DNA from: an uncultured Gemmatimonadota bacterium
GTDB taxonomy: Bacteria > Gemmatimonadota > Gemmatimonadetes > Palauibacterales > KS3-K002
Direction: 5' to 3'
Length of the DNA: 64,000 bases
Assembly: GCA_964348165.1 (NCBI GenBank)
Contig: CAYGCC010000074.1
Coordinates: 5,128-69,127 of the forward strand
Positions 50,616 through 60,410 of the stretch are shown in pieces; position 1 is the first letter of the stretch, and each line of letters starts with the position of its first letter. Both the position numbers and the translations under genes were made by a program. Below the pieces are notes generated by a model. The model saw nothing but the letters and a program-made list of their open reading frames with translations, was not told the DNA's origin and ran no database searches.

Positions 50616-51541
50616 TGATGATGGATACTTCACGCGGAGACGCCCCTCACATCCGCGGACCGAGCGGCCGAGCCCGCGGCGGCGCTCAGCCCGACTCCAC
50701 GCTTGTGAGCATCCAGGCGATGGAGGCTAAGATCGGGCGGGGGCTCGTCCACGGATTCGCCATCCTTCTGGGGCTGACGATGCTCGTGCCCTTCCTCTGG
50801 ATGGTCTCCACCTCGCTAATGACCGAGTTCGAGGTCTATGGGTATCCTCCGCGCCTGCTGCCGGCGGATCCGGTGTGGAGTAACTATCCGAACGCGCTGA
50901 CCGCGGCGCCGTTCGCGCGCTTCTTCCTAAACTCGGCGATCATGTCGACCTTCATCGTGGCCGGGCATCTCGTTACCGCTTCGACCGCCGGCTATGCCTT
51001 CGCGCGTCTTCGCTTCCCCGGCCGCGAGCGAGTGTTCATTCTCTTCCTGGCCAACCTGATGGTACCGGTGATCGTGCTGCTTATCCCGCGCTTCTTGCTG
51101 GTGCAGGCGGCGGGTTGGGTGGACACCTACGCCGGGCTCATCGTCACCGAACTCGTGGGCGTGTGGGGGATCTTTTTGATGCGCCAGTATTTTCTTTCCA
51201 TCCCCCGAGAGCTGGAGGACGCCGCTCGTGTTGATGGGGCGAGCGAGTGGCAGGTCTTTTATCGGGTGGCGCTACCGCTGGCGAAGCCGGCGCTGGCCAC
51301 CGTGGCGCTGTTCTCCTTCGTCGAGACCTGGAAGAGCTTTCTCTGGCCGCTCATCGTCACCCGCTCGATGGGTATGCGCCCGGTCGAGGTGGGGATCGCC
51401 GCCTTCCACGGCATTTACTTCACCAACTGGCCATTCCAGATGGCGGCGGCCGTCACGGCCGTGGTCCCGATCCTCGTCCTCTTCTTGTTCACACAGCGCT
51501 ACTTCGTACGCGGGATCCAGCTGGCTGGGCTCAAGTACTAA
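50615..51541 (+). CDS. Carbohydrate ABC permease (MalG/UgpE-type); true start may be the ATG near 50722
   Basis: EAA region LEDAARVDGASEWQVFYRVALPLAKPAL. 6 TM helices. Confidence 0.75.
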   Translation: MMMDTSRGDAPHIRGPSGRARGGAQPDSTLVSIQAMEAKIGRGLVHGFAILLGLTMLVPFLWMVSTSLMTEFEVYGYPPRLLPADPVWSNYPNALTAAPFARFFLNSAIMSTFIVAGHLVTASTAGYAFARLRFPGRERVFILFLANLMVPVIVLLIPRFLLVQAAGWVDTYAGLIVTELVGVWGIFLMRQYFLSIPRELEDAARVDGASEWQVFYRVALPLAKPALATVALFSFVETWKSFLWPLIVTRSMGMRPVEVGIAAFHGIYFTNWPFQMAAAVTAVVPILVLFLFTQRYFVRGIQLAGLKY

Positions 51542-51570
51542 TCCGACCTTCCCGCTTGAGCGATTTGATG

Positions 51571-52578
51571 TCAGCCGCCGCTTTGCGCGAGACACCACTC
51601 CACCAACTCCGCGTCGTCGACGATTGTCCAGCTGTGAGGTGAAGACCCCTCGTCATAACCTTCCCGCGCCCCGTGCGTCGTCACCAGCTCGACCCTGTCG
51701 CTGCCCTGCAGCTCGAGCTCGGTGACCAGCGCCGCCAGGTCGATCGAGTTCATGTCGTAGTAGCTCTTACGCCGTTTCTCGATCCACCAGTTCACATCCG
51801 GTTCGTGGTACGCCCGCAACGCGACATCGCGAAGAAAGATGGCGTTCCCACCGTTGGGCGCGGAGTGAGTGTAAGGGGAGTACTCCACATAGCGCTCGAA
51901 CTGCTCGTGCGGCGTACCGCCGAGGTGGCTCTCGAGCAGGTAGGTGACCCAGCGCCCCTCGTCAGCGGCGGCCGGGTGGAAGGCGTTGCGGGCGGCCCGA
52001 CGTTCGGTCTCCCACAGGCGGACCATGTCCAACGGCGCATCGACCAGCGCCACCGCTGTCGGCGCCGCCCAGTACGCATCCTCATGCTGGCGCAAAAAGA
52101 TGGCCAGCTTGAGCGCCCGCGTACCTCCGAGCGAGAGCCCGGCGAAACAGAGCGGTGTGTCACGCAGTCCGTGCGACTCGAGCACGCTCTGCAGCCGTTC
52201 CGCCACATCCCGCAGCGTGCCCGGATCGAAAAAGAAGTCCAGCGGGTTTCCGGTCGTCAGGTGCAGCACGCCGACGCCCTGGCTCAGGGCCGTGTGGTCG
52301 AAGCTGCCGGGAGTCGGTGCCCCCCAGCCGTCGAAGCGCCGGGGGTCGAGAAAAACGAAGACGGCGAGCGGTGGGCCGTTGCCGTCGGGGAGCACGAGCG
52401 TGTGGCCCTTTTCCGTCAGCGGCACGGCCCGCTGAGGCTCGGGCCCGATGGGGAGATGACCGTCGAGCGGTTGGTAGCGCTCATGCACGACCTGCCCAAA
52501 GCCCGCCCCACTCGTGAGCATCAAGATCGCCACGCTCAGTATGGGCGCCCGTCGCTCGAACGCCTTCCAATTGCTCAT
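51571..52578 (-). CDS. Secreted alpha/beta-hydrolase (esterase-like)
   Basis: Signal peptide ILSVAILMLTSGAGFGQ. GxSxG nucleophile elbow AGLSLGG. The start was chosen at MSNWKAF, forming an ATGA overlap with the upstream ORF. Confidence 0.6.
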   Translation of the reverse strand: MSNWKAFERRAPILSVAILMLTSGAGFGQVVHERYQPLDGHLPIGPEPQRAVPLTEKGHTLVLPDGNGPPLAVFVFLDPRRFDGWGAPTPGSFDHTALSQGVGVLHLTTGNPLDFFFDPGTLRDVAERLQSVLESHGLRDTPLCFAGLSLGGTRALKLAIFLRQHEDAYWAAPTAVALVDAPLDMVRLWETERRAARNAFHPAAADEGRWVTYLLESHLGGTPHEQFERYVEYSPYTHSAPNGGNAIFLRDVALRAYHEPDVNWWIEKRRKSYYDMNSIDLAALVTELELQGSDRVELVTTHGAREGYDEGSSPHSWTIVDDAELVEWCLAQSGG

Positions 52579-53039
52579 CCGGGCCGCGGGCTGGCGGCGC
52601 CCAAACCTTCTCGACCGGCGCGAAAGTCGTCCTCGTAGTGCCAGCGAACGTGGCTGATTTGACTCGAGCCGGCCAACTCCGCGTGTATCGTTTCGGCGGC
52701 GGCGGTCTTGATCCCCCGCCGGCGGCCGCCGAGCAAAGAAGCGACGAGTCCGACCTTCCGCTCCAGCCAGCCGATCCAGAAACCTGCTTCGTCGCCATCT
52801 CCGGTCCGATAGCCCAGGACAAAATCGTGGTCTACCCCATCGATATGAAAGGAGAAGTACCAGCCGAAATCTTCTTGCCGCGGGGCGTCGTCTGTAGAGA
52901 TGCCCCGTCGTCGCAGCCCGCCCATCAGCCACTCCGCCACGTCATCGCCGAAGCAGGACGGATTGATAAAGTACTCCCGCGGCTGAGAAGTGTTGAAGGC
53001 GGCGCTCTTGAACGTGACGTACGTGCGTAGCTTTGACAT
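52575..53039 (-). CDS. Hypothetical cytoplasmic protein (154 aa), co-transcribed with the hydrolase
   Basis: High-GC3 frame, 4-nt overlap with the downstream gene. Confidence 0.4.
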   Translation of the reverse strand: MSKLRTYVTFKSAAFNTSQPREYFINPSCFGDDVAEWLMGGLRRRGISTDDAPRQEDFGWYFSFHIDGVDHDFVLGYRTGDGDEAGFWIGWLERKVGLVASLLGGRRRGIKTAAAETIHAELAGSSQISHVRWHYEDDFRAGREGLGAASPRPG

Positions 53040-53050
53040 CGGTCAGCCAC

Positions 53051-53785
53051 TCAACCGGCGGGAGCACGTCGCGTCAGCCGCGCGACGTAGGCACCGAACT
53101 CATCCCGGTGAAGGACCTCGCACCTCCAACCCGCGGCCTCGGCGCGCTGGGTCATCGTCTGGGCGTCCACGTAGAGCTCGCGGAAGGGAGGCGCCTCCTC
53201 CCCCCGGTATTCCAGCTTGATCCAGGCCTCACCCCAATAGCCCTCGCTTTCGTAGTCGACGACCTCGGCGGCATCCCCGGGGTCGCCAACGACGTTCGCC
53301 GGCCCCGAGTCGAGCAGTATCTGACCGCCGGGGTTCAGCAGGCGCGGAACATCGCGCATGAAGCGATCGAGACCCCGCAGCGTTTCGAGTATCCCGATCC
53401 CATTCATCATCATCAGAATCGTATCGAAGCGGACGCCTTCAAACTCGCGGACGTCGACGAGCCGGACATCGCGCACACCACGCGCCTTCATGATCTCAAT
53501 CGCCTCCGGGAGCACGTCGATCGCGCAGACCTCCAAACCCCGTGCTTGCAGATAGAGGCTGTGCACCCCGGTGCCCGCACCGACATCGAGCACACGGCCA
53601 TGACAGCGCGCCAGCGCCACACGCTCGAACGGGAAATAGTCCTCGGGCCCCCTGAAGAATACGCTCACCGGAATCTCTTCGTGTTCGCCCAGGCTGCTGT
53701 GCAGCGTCAGCTTCGCATCGGTTAGGCCGCCATAATAATCCCGTAGCGCCGCGCCGTGTGGCGCGCGCGGGTCGGAGTAGTTCAT
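53051..53785 (-). CDS. Class I SAM-dependent methyltransferase
   Basis: Motif I RVLDVGAGTGVHSLYL. Acidic motif II CAIDVLPEA. Confidence 0.75.
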   Translation of the reverse strand: MNYSDPRAPHGAALRDYYGGLTDAKLTLHSSLGEHEEIPVSVFFRGPEDYFPFERVALARCHGRVLDVGAGTGVHSLYLQARGLEVCAIDVLPEAIEIMKARGVRDVRLVDVREFEGVRFDTILMMMNGIGILETLRGLDRFMRDVPRLLNPGGQILLDSGPANVVGDPGDAAEVVDYESEGYWGEAWIKLEYRGEEAPPFRELYVDAQTMTQRAEAAGWRCEVLHRDEFGAYVARLTRRAPAG

Positions 53786-53870
53786 CTTACTCGCAGGATC
53801 GAGGTAGCGTGGCCGGCATCAAACCTGGCCGGGCTCTGCTGCAAGTCGATCGATCCGGCCATGAATGCCG

Positions 53871-54713
53871 TCATGTCCTCGTTCCGCCTCTCGCTGGCAG
53901 TTCCGCCAGGCCGAGGCGTGCTCGCACCTCGCGATTCCTCCGGATCCGCCGCCGGACCTGTCGGTTCCGCTCCTCCACCTCTGCATCGCGATATGGCCGA
54001 GCGTGCTCCAGGTGCAGGAGGGGCGCCCGGAAACGAATGCTCTTGCCACGCACCCCCAGGTTCTCGAGCCGCTCTCCCAGCGCCCGGTCCTCGCCCCCAT
54101 ACCCGAGGTCCATGTCGAACCCGTTTACCTCGACGAGATGTCGCCGCCACGTCGAGGCGTTCATCCCATTCCATGTGGGTGCGGTCGGCGTGAGGCAGTC
54201 GAGCAAGTAGGCGAGGCGCTGCGACCGAAGGAGGCGAAGCCGACGACGCCCAGGCCTCCAGCCATTCCGCAGGAGCCAGCGCCGGTCCATGACTCGTCCG
54301 CTGCTGACGTCGTCCACCGTAATTATGTCAGTGAGCCCTGCGGGCAACCGCAGCGCCCCTCCCGAGAGAAACCGGCCCGGCTGGGCAAGCCGGGCATGTG
54401 CTGCGACGAAGTCGTCTCCCGGTACGCAATCCCCATCGGAAAAGATCAAGTAATCGGCGTCTGTGGCGAGTATGGCACGGTTCAGGATTTCCGTTTTACG
54501 GAAGCCGATGTCGTCGTGCCAAACGTGCGTCAATTCGAAACCGGTTTCCGCCTTTACGCGGTCAATCACGGCTAGGGTTTGCGGCCCGGAGCCATCGTCG
54601 GCCACGATCAACTCGAAGTCCCGGCGTGACTGGCGCGCATATCCCCAGAGCACTCTTTCCAAGTGCTCCGGCTGATTGTAGGTGCTCAGGATCACCGCGA
54701 TGCGACGGTTCAT
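53871..54713 (-). CDS. Glycosyltransferase family 2
   Basis: MNRRIAVILSTYNQPEHLERVL…ELIVADDGS, with DxD context FSDGD. Confidence 0.8.
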   Translation of the reverse strand: MNRRIAVILSTYNQPEHLERVLWGYARQSRRDFELIVADDGSGPQTLAVIDRVKAETGFELTHVWHDDIGFRKTEILNRAILATDADYLIFSDGDCVPGDDFVAAHARLAQPGRFLSGGALRLPAGLTDIITVDDVSSGRVMDRRWLLRNGWRPGRRRLRLLRSQRLAYLLDCLTPTAPTWNGMNASTWRRHLVEVNGFDMDLGYGGEDRALGERLENLGVRGKSIRFRAPLLHLEHARPYRDAEVEERNRQVRRRIRRNREVRARLGLAELPARGGTRT

Positions 54714-55002
54714 CTCTTTGCGGAGTTTGAGTTGAAATCGTCCACCGCACCCTCAAACCACCGTCGTGTGTCGATTCCTGTGCTGAGGAACAAGTAAGGC
54801 CGGCCTCAGATTTTCCGCAACAGTTGATCGCGGTGCACGCCCTCGGACGCAGGGATGGGCTCGAGGGGTCCGCTTACTGAAAGATTGTGCCACCGGCGCT
54901 CAGAGCTGGGCGCCGCCTGGGCCCTTCTGAACCGCGAGACAGGCGGCTATCATTCTTCCTGGTTACCGCAGAAGCACAATACTGGCATCGGTTGAAGGGA
55001 GC

Positions 55003-56175
55003 GTGCCTGTCATGCCGGAAACGCTAACCGTACTGGAGGCGACCGGGAAGCTCGGCGTGGGTGAAGTCGAAACCCATGTGAGCCGACTGGCGATGGGTCT
55101 CATCCGGCGCGGTCACCGTGTCATCCTGCTGAACGAGAAGGGCGGCGGTTTCGGTGAGGAGGCCCGGAAGGCGGGCGCCGAGCTGCTGAGCGTCCCCTTC
55201 GATGAGACGGGCCGCCGCCAGGTTACCGACCGGGTCAAGCCGGGCAGCGTCGATCTCGTCCACACGCACAACTACGGCGCCGCCCGCTTCGCCGCGCCCC
55301 TCGCCCGGGCACTGGGCGTGCCGCACCTGCTGACGGTGCATGGGCTGCGGCCCTGGTACAAGCGCGCCCTGTTCCGCGATTGGGGCGATACCGTCCTGAC
55401 GGTCAGCGAGGCCGGCCGTGACGGCGTAGTAGGACCGTTCGGCCCCCCGGCCGACCGGGTACGCGTCAGCTTCCTCGGCGTCGACACCGACCGCTTTCGT
55501 CCCGGCCTCGACGGCGCCCGAATCCGCGCTGAGTGGCAGCTACCGGAGGACGCACGGTTGGTAGTCAACGTGAGCCGCTTCAGCCATCGCAAGGCGCGGC
55601 CGGCGCGAGCGCTGCTCGAGGCACTGCCGCTGTTGCTTGAGGATGTCCCCGCGGCTCACCTCGTCTTCGTCGGAGATGGGCCGCAGCTGGACCGTCTCCT
55701 CAAGACCGTGGAGCGCGTGAACGACTCCCTGGGACGGCGCGTCGCCACAGTCGTGGGGCACGGCGCTGATATACCCGAGGTGATGAACGCCGCCGACGTC
55801 GTGATCGCCGCCGCCAGCACGGCGATCGAGGCGCTCTCCTGCGGCACGCCGACCATCGCCTTCGGCTCCACCGGCTACTTCGGCATCGTCACGCCCGACA
55901 ATCTGGAGGGCGCGCGCGCCGTCTGCTTCGCCGATCACGGCCACCTGCCGGCGCGAGTCAGTGCCTTGCGTCTCGCCGACGACTTGATCTGGTTGCTGAA
56001 GGATCGCGCGGCAGCGCGCCGCGACGCCGAGGCGATCCGTGCGGCGCTCGCCGAGCGTTACAGCGTCGATCGAATGGCCGAGCAGATTGAGCACGTCTAC
56101 CGCCAAATCGTCGGCGGCGATACAGCCGGCCACGAGAGCACACCGCGCGCCGTGTCCATGGCGCGGCAAGTGTAA
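55003..56175 (+). CDS. Glycosyltransferase family 4 (GT-B)
   Basis: GT-B fold, with C-terminal E…E motif region AASTAIEALSCGTPTIAF. Confidence 0.7.
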   Translation: MPVMPETLTVLEATGKLGVGEVETHVSRLAMGLIRRGHRVILLNEKGGGFGEEARKAGAELLSVPFDETGRRQVTDRVKPGSVDLVHTHNYGAARFAAPLARALGVPHLLTVHGLRPWYKRALFRDWGDTVLTVSEAGRDGVVGPFGPPADRVRVSFLGVDTDRFRPGLDGARIRAEWQLPEDARLVVNVSRFSHRKARPARALLEALPLLLEDVPAAHLVFVGDGPQLDRLLKTVERVNDSLGRRVATVVGHGADIPEVMNAADVVIAAASTAIEALSCGTPTIAFGSTGYFGIVTPDNLEGARAVCFADHGHLPARVSALRLADDLIWLLKDRAAARRDAEAIRAALAERYSVDRMAEQIEHVYRQIVGGDTAGHESTPRAVSMARQV

Positions 56176-56185
56176 TCGATCCTGT

Positions 56186-57289
56186 ATGCGAATCATCATC
56201 CTCGATTCAGCACGCGGTTGGGAAAGCGGCGTCGCCTCAGGTGTCGACGTCGCTCTCGGCCTGGGAGAGGTCGGGCACGACGTCACCGTGGTCTGCCACC
56301 CCCGGGGAGCCATCCACGAGCAACTTGACGGCGATGGACGTGTGACTCTCCGGTCGATCGGGATCCGCTCCCAGCTCAATCTCTACCGCGTCCTTCAGCT
56401 CGCGGCCCTCAACCGGCGCACCACGCCCGATCTCGTGCTCGCCACACGGCCGCGGGACCTGAAGCTCAGCTTCGCGGCGCGCCGGCTGCTGGGCCGATTT
56501 CCCATCGTGCACCGTCACGCAGCGGCGAGCCAGCCGGAGGACGACGGGCCGTACCGCCGCACGTGGGTGCGTGGGCTGCAGGCGCTGGTGGTGAACTCCG
56601 ACACAGGCCGCCGCCGCCTGCTGGAGCGTGTGCCCAGGCTTCAGACCGTAGCCACTCACGTCATCCACAACGGCAAGGACATCTCTCGTTTCCGGCCCAG
56701 GTCCGGGCAGAGAGCGCGGGTACGGACGGAGCTGGGCATCCCCGAGGATGCTTTCATCGTGAGCTTGCACGGAACGCTCGAGCCTACGGTGAAAGGCGAG
56801 CTGCTGATCAGGGCGGTAGCTGCGTTACCTGTCGAGCTGAGAGTGCACGCGCTCATCGTGGGGAGTGGTCCCGCTCGGGCTGAGTTGCGGCGCCTGTCGG
56901 CGGAGTTGCGCGCGCCGGTCATCTTCACTGACACGCGCCAGGAGATCGCCGCAGTGCTGAGCGCCGCGGACGCGGCGGCCGTGCTCTCTACAGAGGCGGG
57001 ATTCTCGGATCGGGCGATCGAGGCGATGGCGTGCGGCCTGCCGATGCTGATCAGCGACACCTCGAGCCACACGGAGCAGGTCGAGGATGGGGTGGAGGGT
57101 GTGCTAATCCCGCCCGATCGCTGGCAGGAGGTTTCCGAAGCCATCCGCTGGTTGGTCAACGATGCGGACGGTCGCGGGCGAATGGGGAAAGCCGCGCGCG
57201 AACGGGCCGTGAGCGAGTTCAGTCGCGATCGGATGGTCAAGCGCTACGACAGCGTGCTGCGAGAGACGGTGGAGACGTACCTCGCCTGA
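56186..57289 (+). CDS. Glycosyltransferase family 4
   Basis: MRIIILD…GVASGVDVALGLGEVGHDVTVVCHP, and C-terminal EAGFSDRAIEAMACGLPMLISD. Confidence 0.75.
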   Translation: MRIIILDSARGWESGVASGVDVALGLGEVGHDVTVVCHPRGAIHEQLDGDGRVTLRSIGIRSQLNLYRVLQLAALNRRTTPDLVLATRPRDLKLSFAARRLLGRFPIVHRHAAASQPEDDGPYRRTWVRGLQALVVNSDTGRRRLLERVPRLQTVATHVIHNGKDISRFRPRSGQRARVRTELGIPEDAFIVSLHGTLEPTVKGELLIRAVAALPVELRVHALIVGSGPARAELRRLSAELRAPVIFTDTRQEIAAVLSAADAAAVLSTEAGFSDRAIEAMACGLPMLISDTSSHTEQVEDGVEGVLIPPDRWQEVSEAIRWLVNDADGRGRMGKAARERAVSEFSRDRMVKRYDSVLRETVETYLA

Positions 57290-57317
57290 ACTCGTAACTC
57301 CAGACGGCCGGGACAAC

Positions 57318-57975
57318 ATGGCCCTGCGGTCTGGACGCTTGCTCCAGCGACGGCTGGCCCACACAAAGCCCTGGACACCGGTCGGCCGCCTCACGGTTCG
57401 TCGCCAGCGACTACCTCCTCGCCAAGCAGGGCCTGTTCCCCATCTGGACTACACCTATTTCCATGTCCTTCACCCGATCGCCCCCTACTCGCTGCTTTTC
57501 CTTGTGACCGAACACCTGCTCCTGTCCGCCCGGCTTTTCTCCGTCGTCTGCAGCCTGATCATGCTGGCCCTGATCGGCGGGTACGCAGCCAAGCTGTTCA
57601 CTGACGCCGATCGCGCATGGAGAGTCGGCGTCGGCCTGGGGTGCGTCGTCCTCCTAGTGGGCAATCCACTGTTCAGTTACACCTACGGTCGCGCCTGGAA
57701 TCACGATGCGTCCCCCATGCTCGCCGTCGCCGGGTTCTCTCTCCCCGGCGCCCTGGCGCCGACCCCTTCGTTCACTCAGTACTTCTACGCACCGCGCCAT
57801 CGCGCCGGCCGACCTGGACGAGTTCCTGCGCGGTCAGCCGCCGGCGGCTATCCTGCTGGGTGTGGAACCGGAAGATCTCGAGCAGCCGTTGCTCGATTAC
57901 GCCCGGATGCACGATTATCGAGCTGTGCCGCTCAACACGGCCATCACATTATGGGTGCCGCCGGCCGGCCGGTAA
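57318..57975 (+). pseudogene. Possible frameshifted remnant of a membrane protein gene (two frames joinable near 57790)
   Basis: Frame 1 gives a TM-rich segment …LLFLVTEHLLLSARLFSVVCSLIMLALIGGYAAKLF…. Frame 2 continues …IAPADLDEFLRGQPPAAILLGVEPEDLEQPLLDYARMHDYRAVPLNTAITLWVPPAGR*. Confidence 0.3.
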
Positions 57976-58054
57976 GATTCACCGCTGGCGAGTCCGCGGA
58001 CTGCGAGAGGTCGCGCGGCGGTTCGAGCCGAGACGGCGCGCCCGTCGAGCGAGA

Positions 58055-59200
58055 GTGCATGTGCGGCTGGTCTATCTGAACTCAGCCCGAGATTGGGGTG
58101 GAGCCGAGAACTGGTCGCTCGAGCTCTGCACCGGCCTGGCCGACCGCGGCCACCAGGTGACCTTCGTCTGCCACCCGGGAAGCGAGTTGCGCCGGCGGCT
58201 GGACGAAGACCGTAGACTGAACATCGTGCCGATACGGATCCGCGGCGAGCTCGACCCTCTGCGCGTCATCCGGTTGGCGCGTCTGTTTCGAGGCGAAAAC
58301 CCGCATATTCTCATCGCTTACCGAACGAAGGATGTGAAGCTCGGCGCGGCGGCCGCCTGGCTGGCCGGCGGGATCCCGCTCGTGCAGGCGCACAAGGCGC
58401 CACATCAACTGCGCAGCACGGCCGTTTACCGGCTGTTCTGGCTGCGCGGCGTGCGCGCGCTGGCGGTACCCTCGCAGGCGATGCGCGCGCTGCTACTGGA
58501 GAAGACTCCGTGGCTGGCGGGCAAGCCGATCCGCGTCATCCCGAACGGCGTCGACACCACCCGCTACCAGCCGAGACCCGAGTTGCGCGAAGATATCCGG
58601 CAGGAGCTCGGCGTCCCACGAGACGTCTTCCTGGTCAGCTATCACGGCCGGGTGGAGAAGCGGAAGAACGTCGACTTGCTGATTCGGGGAGTCGCGCGGG
58701 CTAGGGCGAGCACACCCGTCCACGCCTGCATCATCGGTGACGGGCCGATGATCGACGAGGTGCGCGCGTTGGCGGCGAAGCTGGAGGCACCCGCCACCTT
58801 CACCGGTTTCCGCACTGACGTTGCCCGGCTACTCAGCGCCGCTGACGCCGCCGTCCACCTTTCCACCGCCGAGGGCATGCCGAACTCGGTGCTCGAGGCG
58901 ATGGCGAGCGGTCTCCCGGTGATCGCCAGTGCCGCGACCAGTCACGCCGTGCAGATCGACGATGGCGTGCACGGATTTCTCGTGCCACCGGGGCAGGCCG
59001 AGCCGATCGCCGAGGCGATCCTGAAGTTGGCGCGCGCTCCGGAACTGCGGATGCGTATGGGGCGGGCCGCTCGCAAGCGGGCAGCCGAAGAGTTCAGCCG
59101 TGATACGATGATCGAACGCTACGAGGCCTTCTTCGCGGAGTTCGCCCGGGGGGCGAAAGCACCGGAGCCCGCCTCGCCGCGATCACCGGCGCGCCGGTGA
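58055..59200 (+). CDS. Glycosyltransferase family 4 (GTG start; ORF-track N-terminal extension rejected)
   Basis: VRLVYLNSARDWGGAENWSLELCTGLADRGHQVTFVCHP, and C-terminal EGMPNSVLEAMASGLPVIAS. Confidence 0.75.
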   Translation: MHVRLVYLNSARDWGGAENWSLELCTGLADRGHQVTFVCHPGSELRRRLDEDRRLNIVPIRIRGELDPLRVIRLARLFRGENPHILIAYRTKDVKLGAAAAWLAGGIPLVQAHKAPHQLRSTAVYRLFWLRGVRALAVPSQAMRALLLEKTPWLAGKPIRVIPNGVDTTRYQPRPELREDIRQELGVPRDVFLVSYHGRVEKRKNVDLLIRGVARARASTPVHACIIGDGPMIDEVRALAAKLEAPATFTGFRTDVARLLSAADAAVHLSTAEGMPNSVLEAMASGLPVIASAATSHAVQIDDGVHGFLVPPGQAEPIAEAILKLARAPELRMRMGRAARKRAAEEFSRDTMIERYEAFFAEFARGAKAPEPASPRSPARR

Positions 59201-59220
59201 CACGTACTTCAAAGCCGCGA

Positions 59221-59335
59221 GCTCGAACTTCTCCCGCACCATTCTCGACCGAGATCCGAGCCATCTCATCGAGCCGGTATTCCATGCTGATGGGATAGTC
59301 TTCGCCGGGGTAACGGGCCTAGCCGTCCACCACCA
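59221..59335. repeat. Roughly 115-bp duplicated fragment of the GT9 gene 3' end (second copy 63362..63476)
   Basis: …CCGGTATTCCATGCTGATGGGATAGTCTTCGCCGGGG… aligns with …CCGGTATTCCATGCTGATCGGATAGTCCTCGCCGGGT… at 63414. The minus strand encodes …MEYRLDEMARISVE…, matching GT9 …MEYRRDGMSRITVE…. Confidence 0.6.
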
Positions 59336-59447
59336 GGTCCTCGTAGCGGCGGAGGTCGGCCTCGGGCTGGCCGATAAGGGGCACGACGTCGTCCTCGTCT
59401 GCCACCCCGACAGCGCGATTCGCGAACAGCTCGAGGGTGACGAACGG

Positions 59448-60410
59448 TTGACCCTAAGACCGATCGGAATACGCGCAGAATTGAACCCCTACCGCGTGCT
59501 GCAGCTGGCCAACCTGAATCGGCGGGCGCGACACGACCTCGTGCCCGCCGACAAGCGAAAGGACCTGAAGCTGAGCGTGGCGGCGCGCCGGCTGGCTGGT
59601 GGCTTCCCCATCGTGCACCGCCATGGCGCCCCCAGCGTCCTCCGAGACGGTCCGATCTACCGCCGCGTCTGGGGTCGAGCCATCCAGGCGATGATCGTCA
59701 ACTCCCACACGATGCGTGAACGCCTGCTCGCAGAGTTACCCTGGTTGCAGCGGCTGAGAATCGAGGTCATCCACAACGGCAAAGACACTCGCCGCTATCG
59801 ACCTCTCCCCAGCTCGCGAACGCGCATGCGCACTGAGCTCGGCATCCCGGAAGATGCCTTCGTCGTCAGCTTCCACGGGATGATCCAGCCGCGCAAGAAC
59901 GTAAAGACGCTGGTCCGGGCCGTGGCGTCACTGCCAGCCGGCCTCCGCGTGCACGCTCTGATCACCGGCGGCGGCCCTACCCTACCACAGGTTCGCCGTC
60001 TGGCAACCGAGCTCCGCGCCCCGGTCATCTTCGCCGGCGTCCGTCACGATATACCCGAGGTGTTGAGCGCTGCCGACGCCGCCGCTCACCTGTCCGAGGC
60101 CGAAGGCTTCTCTAATTCGGTTACCGAGTCGATGGCGTGTGGGCTTCCCCTGATCCTCAGCGACGCCACGAGTCATCGGGAGCAGGTGGATGACGGCATC
60201 CAGGGTCTGCTGGTCCCAGCGGGAGAGGTCAGCGCCGTCGCCGATGCGATCCGTTGGTTGGCGACGGATCCGGAGGGCCGGTCGCGCCTGGGCGCCGCGG
60301 CGCGGCAGCGCGCGGTCAAGGAGTTCAGCCGCGAGCTTATGGTCGAACGGTATGAGAAGGTTCTCGGGGAAACGGTCGCGGCGTACCGCTCCGCCGATCG
60401 CGAGGACTAG
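59448..60410 (+). CDS. Glycosyltransferase family 4 paralog of 56186..57289, N-terminally truncated and possibly a pseudogene
   Basis: Alignable over its full length with the 56186 gene product. Homology continues about 55 codons upstream of the first in-frame start (TTG) with no ATG/GTG/TTG available. Confidence 0.55.
   Translation: MTLRPIGIRAELNPYRVLQLANLNRRARHDLVPADKRKDLKLSVAARRLAGGFPIVHRHGAPSVLRDGPIYRRVWGRAIQAMIVNSHTMRERLLAELPWLQRLRIEVIHNGKDTRRYRPLPSSRTRMRTELGIPEDAFVVSFHGMIQPRKNVKTLVRAVASLPAGLRVHALITGGGPTLPQVRRLATELRAPVIFAGVRHDIPEVLSAADAAAHLSEAEGFSNSVTESMACGLPLILSDATSHREQVDDGIQGLLVPAGEVSAVADAIRWLATDPEGRSRLGAAARQRAVKEFSRELMVERYEKVLGETVAAYRSADRED

Noticed and set aside
57617-58054. N-terminal 146 codons of ORF 57617..59200 (MESRRRPGVRRPP…)
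   Set aside because: This Arg/Pro-rich extension runs through the pseudogene region. GT4 homology begins at VRLVYLNSARDWGG, so the GTG at 58055 was chosen.
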